From: Escherichia coli | GTDB taxonomy: Bacteria > Pseudomonadota > Gammaproteobacteria > Enterobacterales > Enterobacteriaceae | NCBI RefSeq assembly: GCF_964049315.1 | Contig: NZ_OZ040208.1 | Strand: one strand, 5' to 3' | Length of the DNA: 24,000 nt | Shown: in pieces, positions 8,797 through 19,719 of the stretch | How the letters are laid out: each line of letters starts with the position of its first letter | How positions within the stretch are numbered: the stretch's first letter is position 1 | Made by a program: the position numbers and the translations under genes | Notes under the pieces: generated by a model | Seen by the model: only the letters and a program-made list of their open reading frames with translations | The model's database searches: none | What the model was told of the DNA's origin: nothing

Positions 8797-10380
8797 ATGA
8801 ATTTAACCCTCAAAGAATCGCTTGTTACCCGTAGCCGGGTATTTAGCCCGTGGACTGCGTTCTACTTTTTACAGTCGCTATTAATTAACCTCGGCTTAGG
8901 TTACCCCTTCAGTTTGCTCTACACCGCTGCGTTTACGGCTATTTTGCTTTTGCTATGGCGAACATTGCCTCGCGTACAAAAAGTTCTGGTCGGTATCAGT
9001 TCGCTGGTGGCGGCTTGTTATTTCCCTTTTGCTCAGGCCTACGGCGCGCCTAACTTCAATACATTGCTGGCATTGCACTCCACCAATATGGAAGAGTCGA
9101 CCGAAATCCTGACGATTTTTCCGTGGTACAGCTACCTGGTCGGCATATTTATTTTTGCGCTCGGCGTAATAGCAATCAGGCGAAAAAAAGAGAGTGAAAA
9201 AGCGCGCTGGAATACCTTCGACAGCCTGTGCCTGGTATTCAGTGTGGCGACATTTTTTGTTGCTCCCGTGCAAAACCTGGCCTGGGGCGGCGTATTTAAA
9301 CTGAAAGATACTGGCTATCCGGTATTTCGTTTTGCTAAGGATGTCATCGTCAATAATAACGAGGTGATTGAAGAGCAAGAACGGATGGCAAAACTTTCCG
9401 GAATGAAAGATACCTGGACGGTCACTGCCGTTAAGCCGAAGTATCAGACCTATGTGGTGGTGATCGGAGAAAGCGCGCGTCGCGATGCCCTCGGTGCCTT
9501 TGGCGGTCACTGGGACAATACCCCATTTGCCAGCAGCGTTAACGGTTTGATATTTGCTGACTACATTGCCGCCAGTGGCTCCACGCAGAAATCGCTTGGC
9601 TTAACGCTCAATCGCGTTGTCGATGGCAAACCACAGTTTCAGGATAACTTTGTCACCCTGGCAAATCGCGCGGGCTTCCAGACCTGGTGGTTTTCCAACC
9701 AGGGCCAAATCGGCGAATACGATACCGCCATCGCCAGCATCGCCAAACGAGCAGATGAAGTGTACTTCCTGAAAGAAGGTAATTTTGAAGCAGATAAAAA
9801 CACGAAAGACGAAGCGTTACTGGATATGACCGCTCAAGTGCTGGCGCAAGAGCACTCGCAACCGCAGCTGATTGTTCTACATCTGATGGGCTCGCATCCG
9901 CAGGCCTGCGACCGGACACAAGGCAAATACGAAACCTTTGTGCAATCGAAAGAAACGTCGTGCTATCTCTATACCATGACGCAAACAGACGATTTACTGC
10001 GCAAGCTGTACGATCAGTTACGCAACAGCGGCAGCAGCTTCTCGCTGGTTTACTTTTCTGACCACGGTCTGGCCTTTAAAGAGCGCGGCAAAGACGTGCA
10101 ATACCTTGCTCATGATGATAAGTATCAGCAAAATTTCCAGGTGCCTTTTATGGTCATTTCCAGCGACGATAAAGCGCATCGGGTGATTAAAGCCCGCCGC
10201 TCGGCCAATGACTTCTTAGGCTTTTTCTCGCAGTGGACGGGAATTAAAGCGAAGGAAATAAATATCAAATACCCGTTTATATCTGAGAAGAAAGCCGGGC
10301 CGATATACATCACCAACTTCCAGTTACAGAAGGTGGATTACAACCATCTCGGAACCGATATTTTCGACCCGAAACCTTAA
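8797..10380 (+). CDS. opgE: Phosphoethanolamine transferase (EptA/sulfatase-like superfamily), modifies osmoregulated periplasmic glucans
   Basis: 527 aa with N-terminal TM helices followed by an alkaline-phosphatase/sulfatase-like domain. Recognised as YbiP/OpgE. Confidence 0.9.
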   Translation: MNLTLKESLVTRSRVFSPWTAFYFLQSLLINLGLGYPFSLLYTAAFTAILLLLWRTLPRVQKVLVGISSLVAACYFPFAQAYGAPNFNTLLALHSTNMEESTEILTIFPWYSYLVGIFIFALGVIAIRRKKESEKARWNTFDSLCLVFSVATFFVAPVQNLAWGGVFKLKDTGYPVFRFAKDVIVNNNEVIEEQERMAKLSGMKDTWTVTAVKPKYQTYVVVIGESARRDALGAFGGHWDNTPFASSVNGLIFADYIAASGSTQKSLGLTLNRVVDGKPQFQDNFVTLANRAGFQTWWFSNQGQIGEYDTAIASIAKRADEVYFLKEGNFEADKNTKDEALLDMTAQVLAQEHSQPQLIVLHLMGSHPQACDRTQGKYETFVQSKETSCYLYTMTQTDDLLRKLYDQLRNSGSSFSLVYFSDHGLAFKERGKDVQYLAHDDKYQQNFQVPFMVISSDDKAHRVIKARRSANDFLGFFSQWTGIKAKEINIKYPFISEKKAGPIYITNFQLQKVDYNHLGTDIFDPKP

Positions 10381-10383
10381 AAC

Positions 10384-10413
10384 AAAAAAATCCGCCCCGA
10401 GAGGCGGATTTTT
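10384..10413. terminator. Bidirectional intrinsic terminator between convergent opgE and ompX
   Basis: aaaaaaa-tccgcc-ccgaga-ggcgga-ttttt: a 6-bp GC stem (10391-10396 / 10403-10408) flanked by an A-run and a T-run. Confidence 0.8.
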
Positions 10414-10428
10414 ATATCACCGAAGTGA

Positions 10429-10944
10429 TTAGAAGCGGTAACCAACACCGGCAATCCAGGTGCCTACGTCAACGCTACGAATACGGCTCTGCTCGTAAGA
10501 GAAGTCCAGAGCAACGTTTTCCATCGGGTTGAACTGCAGACCAGCACCGTAGGAGAAACCGTAGTCGCTGGTGTCGTGTTTGTAGGTCGGGTATTCAGTG
10601 GTCTGGAATTTACCATAACCCACACCCACTACACCGTAGATGCTTGCCCAGTCGTTAATGCGGTAAGCCGGACCAGCAGTGATGCCGTAGTACTGGTTTT
10701 TGTTGTAGTCACCAGAGCTTGCAGTACGGCTTTTCTCGGTGTAAGTGAAAGAACCGATCACACCCAGCGGGCTGTTGTCTTCTTCATAGCGGTATTTCAG
10801 GTTGAAACCGCCCATTTTGTTCATTTGGCCCTGAGCGTCGCTCTGTGCGTAACCGCCAGTTACAGTAGAAGTCGCAGCTACGGAAGTACCTGCGGTGAAA
10901 GCCAGAACTGCGGCCAGTGCTGAAAGACATGCAATTTTTTTCAT
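10429..10944 (-). CDS. ompX: Outer membrane protein X (8-stranded beta-barrel, Ail/Lom family)
   Basis: 171 aa from ATG 10944, with a GAGGTGG SD just upstream; the ORF-track start is 2 codons earlier. The signal peptide is MKKIACLSALAAVLAFTAGTSVA and the C-terminus is GVGYRF. Recognised as OmpX. Confidence 0.95.
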   Translation of the reverse strand: MKKIACLSALAAVLAFTAGTSVAATSTVTGGYAQSDAQGQMNKMGGFNLKYRYEEDNSPLGVIGSFTYTEKSRTASSGDYNKNQYYGITAGPAYRINDWASIYGVVGVGYGKFQTTEYPTYKHDTSDYGFSYGAGLQFNPMENVALDFSYEQSRIRSVDVGTWIAGVGYRF

Positions 10945-11296
10945 AACCACCTCAAATGTGATTCAAATAAGTCCTAAGTTTTAAATATATCAAAAATTAA
11001 TGGGAAACTCTTCGCGATTTATGATGTCTAACGGGCCATTTCATGTAACAGAACGTTTCCATACACCGCTATCCATCTAAATTTAAATCACTTTTTCAGA
11101 GAACTGCGTAAGTATTACGCATATTTTCCCTGTCATTCATCCAGATTATTCCTAATCACCAGACTAATGATTCCATCAATCCTGGCGCATTTTAGTCAAA
11201 ACGGGGGAAAATTTTTTCAACAAATGCTCAACCAGCATTGGGTATATCCAGTACACTCCACGCTTTACTTAGGTTTAGATATTTGTGGGAGAAAGG

Positions 11297-12184
11297 ATGC
11301 CTGGTTCATTACGTAAAATGCCGGTCTGGTTACCAATAGTCATATTGCTCGTTGCCATGGCGTCTATTCAGGGTGGAGCCTCGTTAGCTAAGTCACTTTT
11401 TCCTCTGGTGGGCGCACCGGGTGTCACTGCGCTGCGTCTGGCATTAGGCACGCTGATCCTCATCGCGTTCTTTAAGCCATGGCGACTGCGCTTTGCCAAA
11501 GAGCAACGATTACCGCTGTTGTTTTACGGCGTTTCGCTGGGTGGAATGAATTATCTTTTTTATCTTTCTATTCAGACGGTACCGCTGGGTATTGCGGTGG
11601 CGCTGGAGTTCACCGGACCACTGGCGGTGGCACTGTTCTCTTCTCGTCGCCCGGTAGATTTCGTCTGGGTTGTGCTGGCGGTTCTTGGTCTGTGGTTCCT
11701 GCTACCGCTGGGGCAAGACGTTTCCCATGTCGATTTAACCGGCTGTGCGCTGGCACTGGGGGCCGGGGCTTGTTGGGCTATTTACATTTTAAGTGGGCAA
11801 CGCGCAGGAGCGGAACATGGCCCTGCGACGGTGGCAATTGGTTCGTTGATTGCAGCGTTAATTTTCGTCCCAATTGGAGCGCTTCAGGCTGGTGAAGCAC
11901 TCTGGCACTGGTCGGTTATTCCATTGGGGCTGGCTGTCGCTATTCTCTCGACCGCTCTGCCTTATTCGCTGGAAATGATTGCCCTCACCCGTTTGCCAAC
12001 ACGCACATTTGGTACGCTAATGAGCATGGAACCGGCTCTGGCTGCCGTTTCCGGGATGATTTTCCTCGGAGAAACACTGACCCCCATACAGCTGCTGGCG
12101 CTCGGCGCTATCATCGCCGCTTCAATGGGTTCTACGCTGACAGTACGCAAAGAGAGCAAAATAAAAGAATTAGACATAAATTAA
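11297..12184 (+). CDS. rhtA: Threonine/homoserine exporter, DMT (EamA) family
   Basis: 295 aa from ATG 11297; the ORF-track GTG at 11285 is 4 codons upstream. About ten hydrophobic helices in two EamA-like halves. Recognised as RhtA/YbiF. Confidence 0.92.
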   Translation: MPGSLRKMPVWLPIVILLVAMASIQGGASLAKSLFPLVGAPGVTALRLALGTLILIAFFKPWRLRFAKEQRLPLLFYGVSLGGMNYLFYLSIQTVPLGIAVALEFTGPLAVALFSSRRPVDFVWVVLAVLGLWFLLPLGQDVSHVDLTGCALALGAGACWAIYILSGQRAGAEHGPATVAIGSLIAALIFVPIGALQAGEALWHWSVIPLGLAVAILSTALPYSLEMIALTRLPTRTFGTLMSMEPALAAVSGMIFLGETLTPIQLLALGAIIAASMGSTLTVRKESKIKELDIN

Positions 12185-12193
12185 ATTTACATT

Positions 12194-12225
12194 TCTGCAT
12201 GGTTATGCATAACCATGCAGATTTT
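12194..12225 (+). terminator. Intrinsic terminator of rhtA
   Basis: A perfect 28-nt palindrome tctgcatggtta-tgca-taaccatgcaga (12-bp stem) is followed by tttt, 10 nt after the rhtA stop. Confidence 0.85.
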
Positions 12226-12309
12226 CTCGCTACTTTTCCTCTACACCGTCTTTATATATCGAATTATGCAAAAGCATATTTATTCCGAAAATTCCTGGCG
12301 AGCAAATAA

Positions 12310-12987
<678 letters not shown>

Positions 12988-13028
12988 ATCCATCGCTGAT
13001 GGTGCAGAACTTTAGTACACGATAAAAG

Positions 13029-13058
13029 CGGCTTCCTGACAGGAGGCCGTTTTGTTTT
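13029..13058 (+). terminator. Intrinsic terminator of dps
   Basis: cggcttcct (13029-13037) pairs with aggaggccg (13041-13049), including one G-U wobble, around a 3-nt loop. It is followed by ttttgtttt. Confidence 0.8.
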
Positions 13059-13204
13059 GTAGCCCGCCTCAACGCACTTATTTAGTGCATCCATCTGCTA
13101 TCCCCAGCTGGTTAAGTAAATTTTTTGTATCCACATCATCACACAATCGTTACATAAAGATTGTTTTTTCATCAGGTTTTACGCTAAATAATCACTGTGT
13201 TGAG

Positions 13205-13247
13205 TGCACAATTTTAGCGCACCAGTTTGGTGCCCCAGAATGGTGCA
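13205..13247. promoter_or_regulatory. NtrC (NRI) enhancer sites upstream of glnH
   Basis: A perfect inverted repeat gcacca-gtt-tggtgc sits at 13219-13233 (NtrC consensus TGCACC-N5-GGTGCA). An overlapping weaker site tgcacaattttagcgca is at 13205-13221, and a TGGTGCA half-site is at 13241-13247. Confidence 0.7.
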
Positions 13248-13301
13248 TCTTCAGGGTATTGCCCTATAAATCGTGCATCACGTTTTTGCCGCATCTCGAA
13301 A

Positions 13302-13314
13302 AATCAATGAGTTG
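13302..13314 (+). promoter_or_regulatory. IHF site between the NtrC enhancer and the sigma54 promoter
   Basis: aATCAAtgagTTg matches the IHF core WATCAANNNNTTR at every defined position. Its placement fits the known IHF-assisted looping at glnHp2. Confidence 0.65.
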
Positions 13315-13320
13315 CAAAAC

Positions 13321-13337
13321 TGGCACGATTTTTTCAT
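13321..13337 (+). promoter_or_regulatory. sigma54 (-24/-12) promoter glnHp2
   Basis: TGGCACgatttTTTCAt compared with the consensus TGGCAC-N5-TTGCA has one mismatch in the -12 element. It lies about 55-70 nt upstream of the glnH ATG. Confidence 0.75.
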
Positions 13338-13375
13338 ATATGTGAATGTCACGCAGGGGATCGTCCCGTGGATAG

Positions 13376-14137
<762 letters not shown>

Positions 14138-14144
14138 TAACGCT

Positions 14145-14226
14145 GCGCCTGTAAAGCGCACTGGCAGTTCCCTCTCCCCGCCGGGGAGAGGATTAGGGTG
14201 AAGGGCGCAAACCCGCTCCGGGGCCA
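14145..14226. repeat. GC-rich palindromic intergenic repeat (REP/boxC class) between glnH and glnP
   Basis: A perfect 9-bp stem cctctcccc (14171-14179) / ggggagagg (14183-14191) with a 3-nt loop is followed by attagggtgaagggcgc, a motif I recognise as recurring in E. coli intergenic regions. A small upstream hairpin is tgcgc/gcgca (14144-14160). The family name is uncertain. Confidence 0.5.
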
Positions 14227-14275
14227 TTAATTACCCTGAATTTGATTATTTACACCACGGTAACAGGAACAACAT

Positions 14276-14935
14276 ATGCAGTTTGACTGGAGTGCCATCT
14301 GGCCTGCCATTCCGCTTCTGATTGAAGGTGCCAAAATGACCCTGTGGATTTCGGTCCTCGGTCTGGCTGGCGGTCTGGTGATCGGATTGTTGGCAGGTTT
14401 TGCACGCACCTTCGGTGGTTGGATAGCCAACCACGTCGCGCTGGTCTTTATTGAAGTGATCCGCGGCACACCTATCGTCGTCCAGGTGATGTTTATCTAT
14501 TTCGCCCTGCCGATGGCGTTTAACGATTTACGCATCGACCCGTTTACTGCGGCGGTGGTCACCATCATGATCAACTCCGGCGCGTACATTGCGGAAATCA
14601 CGCGTGGTGCGGTGCTGTCTATTCACAAAGGTTTTCGTGAAGCAGGACTGGCGCTCGGTCTTTCACGTTGGGAAACCATTCGCTACGTCATTTTACCGCT
14701 GGCACTGCGTCGTATGCTGCCGCCGCTGGGTAACCAGTGGATCATCAGCATTAAAGACACTTCGCTGTTTATTGTTATCGGCGTGGCGGAACTGACCCGT
14801 CAGGGGCAAGAAATTATTGCCGGTAACTTCCGCGCCCTTGAGATCTGGAGCGCCGTGGCGGTGTTCTATCTGATTATTACCCTGGTGCTGAGCTTTATTC
14901 TGCGTCGTCTGGAAAGAAGGATGAAAATCCTGTGA
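14276..14935 (+). CDS. glnP: Glutamine ABC transporter permease
   Basis: 219 aa, a polytopic His/Glu/Gln/Arg-type permease. Its stop overlaps the glnQ start. Confidence 0.96.
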
Positions 14936-15654
14936 TTGAATTTAAAAACGTCTCCAAGCATTTTGGTCCAACCCAGGTGCTGCACAATATCGATTTGAAC
15001 ATTGCTCAGGGCGAAGTCGTGGTGATTATCGGGCCGTCCGGTTCCGGTAAATCGACCCTGCTGCGCTGCATCAACAAACTGGAAGAAATCACCTCCGGCG
15101 ATCTGATTGTCGATGGCCTGAAGGTTAACGATCCGAAAGTTGATGAGCGCCTGATTCGCCAGGAAGCGGGTATGGTGTTCCAGCAGTTTTACCTCTTCCC
15201 GCATCTGACGGCGCTGGAAAACGTCATGTTTGGCCCGCTACGCGTGCGTGGCGCGAATAAAGAAGAGGCGGAAAAACTGGCGCGTGAGCTGCTGGCGAAA
15301 GTCGGTCTGGCAGAGCGTGCACATCACTACCCTTCCGAACTTTCTGGTGGTCAACAGCAGCGTGTGGCGATTGCCCGCGCGCTGGCGGTGAAGCCGAAAA
15401 TGATGCTGTTTGATGAACCGACTTCCGCTCTTGACCCGGAACTGCGCCATGAAGTGCTGAAGGTTATGCAGGATCTGGCTGAAGAAGGGATGACGATGGT
15501 GATCGTGACCCACGAAATCGGTTTTGCCGAGAAAGTAGCTTCGCGCCTGATCTTTATCGACAAAGGCCGGATTGCAGAAGATGGCGATCCGCAGGTGTTG
15601 ATCAAGAACCCGCCGAGCCAGCGCTTGCAGGAATTTTTGCAGCACGTCTCTTAA
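14932..15654 (+). CDS. glnQ: Glutamine ABC transporter ATP-binding protein
   Basis: 240 aa. The GTG start sits in a GTGA overlap with the glnP stop. Walker A is GPSGSGKST, the signature is LSGGQQQR and Walker B is [11 protein letters not shown]. Confidence 0.96.
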
Positions 15655-15660
15655 CTTCTC

Positions 15661-15688
15661 TGCCTCCCTTTCCCCCGAAAGGGAGGCA
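15661..15688 (+). terminator. Hairpin after glnQ (operon end), without a U-tract
   Basis: Perfect 11-bp stem tgcctcccttt (15661-15671) / aaagggaggca (15678-15688) with a 6-nt loop, 7 nt after the glnQ stop. The downstream sequence is not T-rich. Confidence 0.5.
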
Positions 15689-15770
15689 CACCAGATTCCT
15701 CTCATTTAAAATTGCCTCTCCCCCAGCATCTATACTTATCTTTTTGCTCTGTTTTCTCACTGGAGGAGTC

Positions 15771-17996
15771 ATGCGGTGGATCCTGTTCATCCTCTTCTGC
15801 CTGCTGGGCGCACCTGCCCACGCGGTATCCATACCCGGCGTTACAACCACAACGACAACGGACTCAACGACTGAACCGGCCCCGGAACCGGATATCGAAC
15901 AAAAAAAAGCGGCCTATGGCGCACTGGCGGATGTGCTGGATAATGACACCTCGCGTAAAGAGTTGATCGACCAGTTGCGCACCGTCGCCGCGACGCCCCC
16001 TGCGGAACCGGTACCGAAGATCGTGCCGCCGACGCTGGTTGAAGAGCAAACCGTGCTGCAAAAGGTCACCGAAGTCAGCCGCCATTATGGTGAAGCCCTT
16101 TCCGCCCGCTTCGGGCAACTTTATCGCAATATCACCGGCTCCCCGCATAAGCCGTTTAATCCACAAACCTTCAGCAATGCGCTGACCCACTTTTCAATGT
16201 TAGCGGTATTAGTGTTTGGTTTTTACTGGCTGATTCGTCTGTGCGCACTGCCGCTGTATTGCAAAATGGGCCAGTGGGCGCGGCAAAAAAATCGTGAGCG
16301 CAGTAACTGGTTGCAGCTTCCGGCGATGATCATCGGGGCGTTTATTATCGACCTGCTGTTACTGGCACTGACATTATTTGTCGGCCAGGTATTAAGCGAC
16401 AACCTGAATGCGGGCAGTCGCACCATCGCTTTCCAACAAAGTTTGTTTCTCAACGCCTTTGCCCTGATTGAATTTTTCAAAACCGTACTACGCCTGATTT
16501 TTTGCCCAAACGTAGCTGAACTGCGCCCGTTCACGATTCATGACGAGACCGCCCGTTACTGGAGTCGTCGCCTGAGCTGGTTAAGCAGCCTGATTGGCTA
16601 TGGTCTGATTGTGGCTGTGCCGATTATCTCTAATCAGGTGAATGTACAGATAGGTGCGCTGGCGAACGTCATCATTATGCTGTGCATGACCGTCTGGGCG
16701 TTGTACCTGATTTTTCGTAATAAAAAAGAGATCACCCAGCATTTGCTCAACTTTGCGGAGCATTCGCTGGCCTTTTTCAGCCTGTTTATCCGCGCCTTTG
16801 CACTGGTGTGGCACTGGCTGGCAAGCGCCTATTTTATCGTGCTGTTTTTCTTTTCGTTGTTCGATCCGGGCAACAGCCTGAAATTTATGATGGGTGCAAC
16901 GGTGCGCAGCCTGGCGATTATTGGTATCGCAGCATTTGTTTCCGGTATGTTTTCCCGCTGGCTGGCGAAAACCATCACCCTCTCGCCACATACTCAGCGA
17001 AATTATCCGGAGCTGCAAAAACGGCTGAATGGATGGCTTTCGGCGGCACTGAAAACAGCGCGTATTCTGACAGTCTGCGTGGCGGTAATGCTGCTGTTGA
17101 GCGCATGGGGATTGTTCGATTTCTGGAACTGGCTGCAAAACGGTGCGGGGCAGAAAACCGTAGATATCCTGATCCGTATCGCACTCATTCTTTTCTTCTC
17201 GGCGGTTGGCTGGACGGTGCTCGCCAGTTTGATAGAAAACCGGCTGGCTTCGGATATTCATGGCCGCCCGCTACCCAGCGCCCGTACGCGTACCCTGCTA
17301 ACGCTGTTCCGTAACGCGCTGGCGGTGATTATCAGTACCATCACCATCATGATTGTGTTGTCGGAAATCGGCGTCAATATCGCGCCATTGCTGGCAGGTG
17401 CCGGTGCATTGGGACTGGCTATCTCTTTTGGTTCGCAAACGCTGGTGAAAGATATTATCACCGGGGTATTTATTCAGTTTGAAAACGGCATGAACACTGG
17501 AGATTTGGTGACTATCGGGCCGTTGACCGGCACTGTGGAACGGATGTCAATTCGCTCCGTGGGCGTGCGCCAGGATACCGGGGCGTATCACATCATTCCG
17601 TGGTCTTCGATAACCACCTTTGCTAACTTCGTCCGCGGTATTGGTTCGGTAGTGGCAAACTACGATGTTGATCGCCATGAAGATGCTGATAAAGCCAATC
17701 AGGCACTGAAAGATGCGGTAGCAGAATTGATGGAAAACGAAGAAATTCGCGGGCTGGTTATTGGTGAACCGAATTTTGCCGGGATTGTCGGCTTAAGCAA
17801 TACCGCGTTTACACTGCGTGTTTCGTTCACCACGCTGCCACTCAAACAGTGGACGGTACGCTTTGCCCTCGACAGCCAGGTGAAAAAACATTTCGACCTG
17901 GCGGGTGTTCGCGCGCCGGTGCAGACTTATCAGGTGCTGCCAGCTCCGGGCGCGGCCCCGGCTGAACCGTTGCCGCCGGGGGAGCCAACGCTTTAA
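15771..17996 (+). CDS. ybiO: Mechanosensitive channel, MscS family (large multi-TM paralog)
   Basis: 741 aa from ATG 15771 with a GGAGG SD at 15763-15767; the ORF-track start is 9 codons upstream. It has the signal peptide [18 protein letters not shown], a Thr/Pro-rich linker, many TM helices and a C-terminal MscS-like pore/beta domain ([23 protein letters not shown]). Recognised as YbiO. Confidence 0.93.
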
Positions 17997-18919
17997 CGCT
18001 GGCGATTGACAAAACGGCGGCGCTGCTCGTCGTTCATAAAGGTCCAGGCTATAAAGCGGCTCTGCTTTTGCCCCTGGGCCATCTCTTTTTTTACCACCTT
18101 CACCGCACCTACGTCCGTCAAAGCACGATACAACGGCGGTAAGTTTTCACCACGAGATACCAGCGAGGTAAACCACATCACCTGCTTCGCGAAGCCTTTG
18201 CTCTCTTCAATCATCTTTTTGATAAAAGCGACCTCACCGCCTTCACACCACAACTCCTGTTGCTGACCACCAAAGTTCAGTGCATCGTCTTTGTTCAGCC
18301 CCAGGTTACGGCGTTTACGTTCACTACCTGCCCGTGCCGCAGCGGCGGAATCGTGGAATGGCGGGTTACACAAGGTCGCATCGTATTGCTCGTTTTTATG
18401 GATGATGCCGTTAAAAATCGCCCCACTCTCTTTTTGCCGACGCAGACGAATGGCGCGGTTAAGCCCCGGATTAGCACTGATGATCGCCTGCGCACTGCTT
18501 AACGCCTGGCTGCTGGTTTCACTACCGGTAAAACGCCAGCCATATTCATGTACGCCAATCAGCGGATAAATACAGTTCGCACCAACGCCGATATCCAGAA
18601 TGCTGGCATTAGCTGGAATTGTTCCGCTTGCTTCGGCCAGTAAATCGGCAAGGTGATGAATATAATCCGCCCGGCCCGGTACTGGTGGGCAGAGAAAACC
18701 GTCCGGGATATCCCAGTTCGCTACGGCGTAAAAATGGGCCAGCAACGCCTTATTGAGCGCCTTCACCGCCAGCGGATTGGCAAAGTCTACGCTTTGCTCC
18801 CCGGCGGGTGTAAGCGTGAGGAATTGCCTGAGTTCAGGATTGACCTGACAAAGCGTGGCGAGATCGTAGCGGCTGTGATGACGGTTGCGCGGATGCAACC
18901 CCGGTTTCTGGGCGGACAT
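17993..18919 (-). CDS. rlmF: 23S rRNA m6A1618 methyltransferase
   Basis: 308 aa from ATG 18919, preceded by a strong AGGAG SD; the ORF-track start at 19009 adds 30 codons with no SD. The SAM-MTase motif is [11 protein letters not shown] and the N6-adenine motif IV is NPPF. Recognised as RlmF/YbiN. Confidence 0.92.
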
Positions 18920-19194
18920 AGCATTCTCCTTTAAGCAGCGGCGTAAGATACCCGCATAACGCGACAGGGTAAATATCTGGCTGCGTTTATCATTTCTAAA
19001 AACCTTCACATGGCTATGGTTTATGGCAATTCACCATAAAAAACATCATCATGCATGTCATTGATTTGTCTTATTTTGTAAAAACACATCGTTCAAAAAA
19101 TAAGCGCATCTCTGTCAATTTTTTGCGTCATTTTCATCGCGCAGGCGACCTACACTTATCTGGCACTACCCGTTGTATTTATGAGGATGTCATT

Positions 19195-19455
19195 ATGAAA
19201 AAGTGCCTCACACTACTGATTGCCACCGTCCTGAGCGGAATCTCTCTCACGGCTTATGCCGCGCAACCGATGAGTAACCTGGACAGTGGTCAACTACGGC
19301 CCGCCGGTACCGTTTCGGCAACTGGCGCATCAAACCTAAGCGATCTGGAGGATAAACTGGCAGAAAAAGCGCGCGAACAAGGCGCGAAAGGTTATGTCAT
19401 TAATTCCGCAGGCGGAAATGACCAGATGTTCGGTACTGCAATCATCTACAAATAA
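19195..19455 (+). CDS. mcbA: Small secreted YhcN/DUF1471-family protein (biofilm/colanic-acid-associated McbA)
   Basis: 86 aa from ATG 19195, with the signal peptide MKKCLTLLIATVLSGISLTAYA and the C-terminus FGTAIIYK. I name it mcbA(ybiM) rather than ybiJ because it is adjacent to rlmF in the K-12 order as I remember it. Confidence 0.85.
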   Translation: MKKCLTLLIATVLSGISLTAYAAQPMSNLDSGQLRPAGTVSATGASNLSDLEDKLAEKAREQGAKGYVINSAGGNDQMFGTAIIYK

Positions 19456-19467
19456 CCCCACCAACGT

Positions 19468-19496
19468 AACTGCATTCGCCTCTGGATGCAGTTTTC
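19468..19496 (+). terminator. Intrinsic terminator of mcbA
   Basis: An 8-bp stem aactgcat (19468-19475) / atgcagtt (19486-19493) with a 10-nt loop runs into tttt. Confidence 0.65.
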
Positions 19497-19590
19497 GTCC
19501 AATTTGTAAGCAAAAAACATCAAATATGAACGCAATGTAAATAAATGTATTTCTTTTTCGCGCAATGGGTGATAGAAAATCGCGCCAAGT

Positions 19591-19615
19591 GATAATGCTT
19601 ATCAATATTATTATC
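19591..19615. promoter_or_regulatory. Fur box upstream of fiu
   Basis: GATAATGCTTATCAATATT (19591-19609) matches the 19-bp Fur consensus GATAATGATAATCATTATC at 15/19 by hand count. Further ATTATC hexamers extend to 19615. The site is about 105-130 nt upstream of the fiu ATG. Confidence 0.8.
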
Positions 19616-19719
19616 ACTTGCACGTACGCTATCACGGGATTAACAGTGGCATCGCATCCGCAGAGATGCTTTCTCGTGACAGTGAAAATTTCACCATATA
19701 AGAAAAAGTCACCTGCAAA

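Noticed and set aside
15843-15872. A run of ACN codons ([10 protein letters not shown]) looks like a short tandem repeat.
   Set aside because: It lies in frame directly after the YbiO signal peptide and continues into a Pro/Glu-rich stretch. It is a low-complexity periplasmic linker, not a DNA-level repeat with its own function.
16581-17261. A 226-aa ORF is antisense to ybiO, along with the overlapping frames 16808-17314, 16975-17184 and 17003-17188.
   Set aside because: These are shadow ORFs within the ybiO membrane domain. Their Arg/Gln/Cys-rich composition is not protein-like, and there are no translation signals.
18920-19194. Upstream extensions are suggested for rlmF (30 codons, to 19009) and mcbA (48 codons, from 19051). 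Similar short extensions appear for ybiO (15744), ybiX (22008), rhtA (11285) and ompX (10950).
   Set aside because: In each case an internal start has a clear SD and yields the expected mature N-terminus or signal peptide. The extended versions start inside promoter regions or hairpins.
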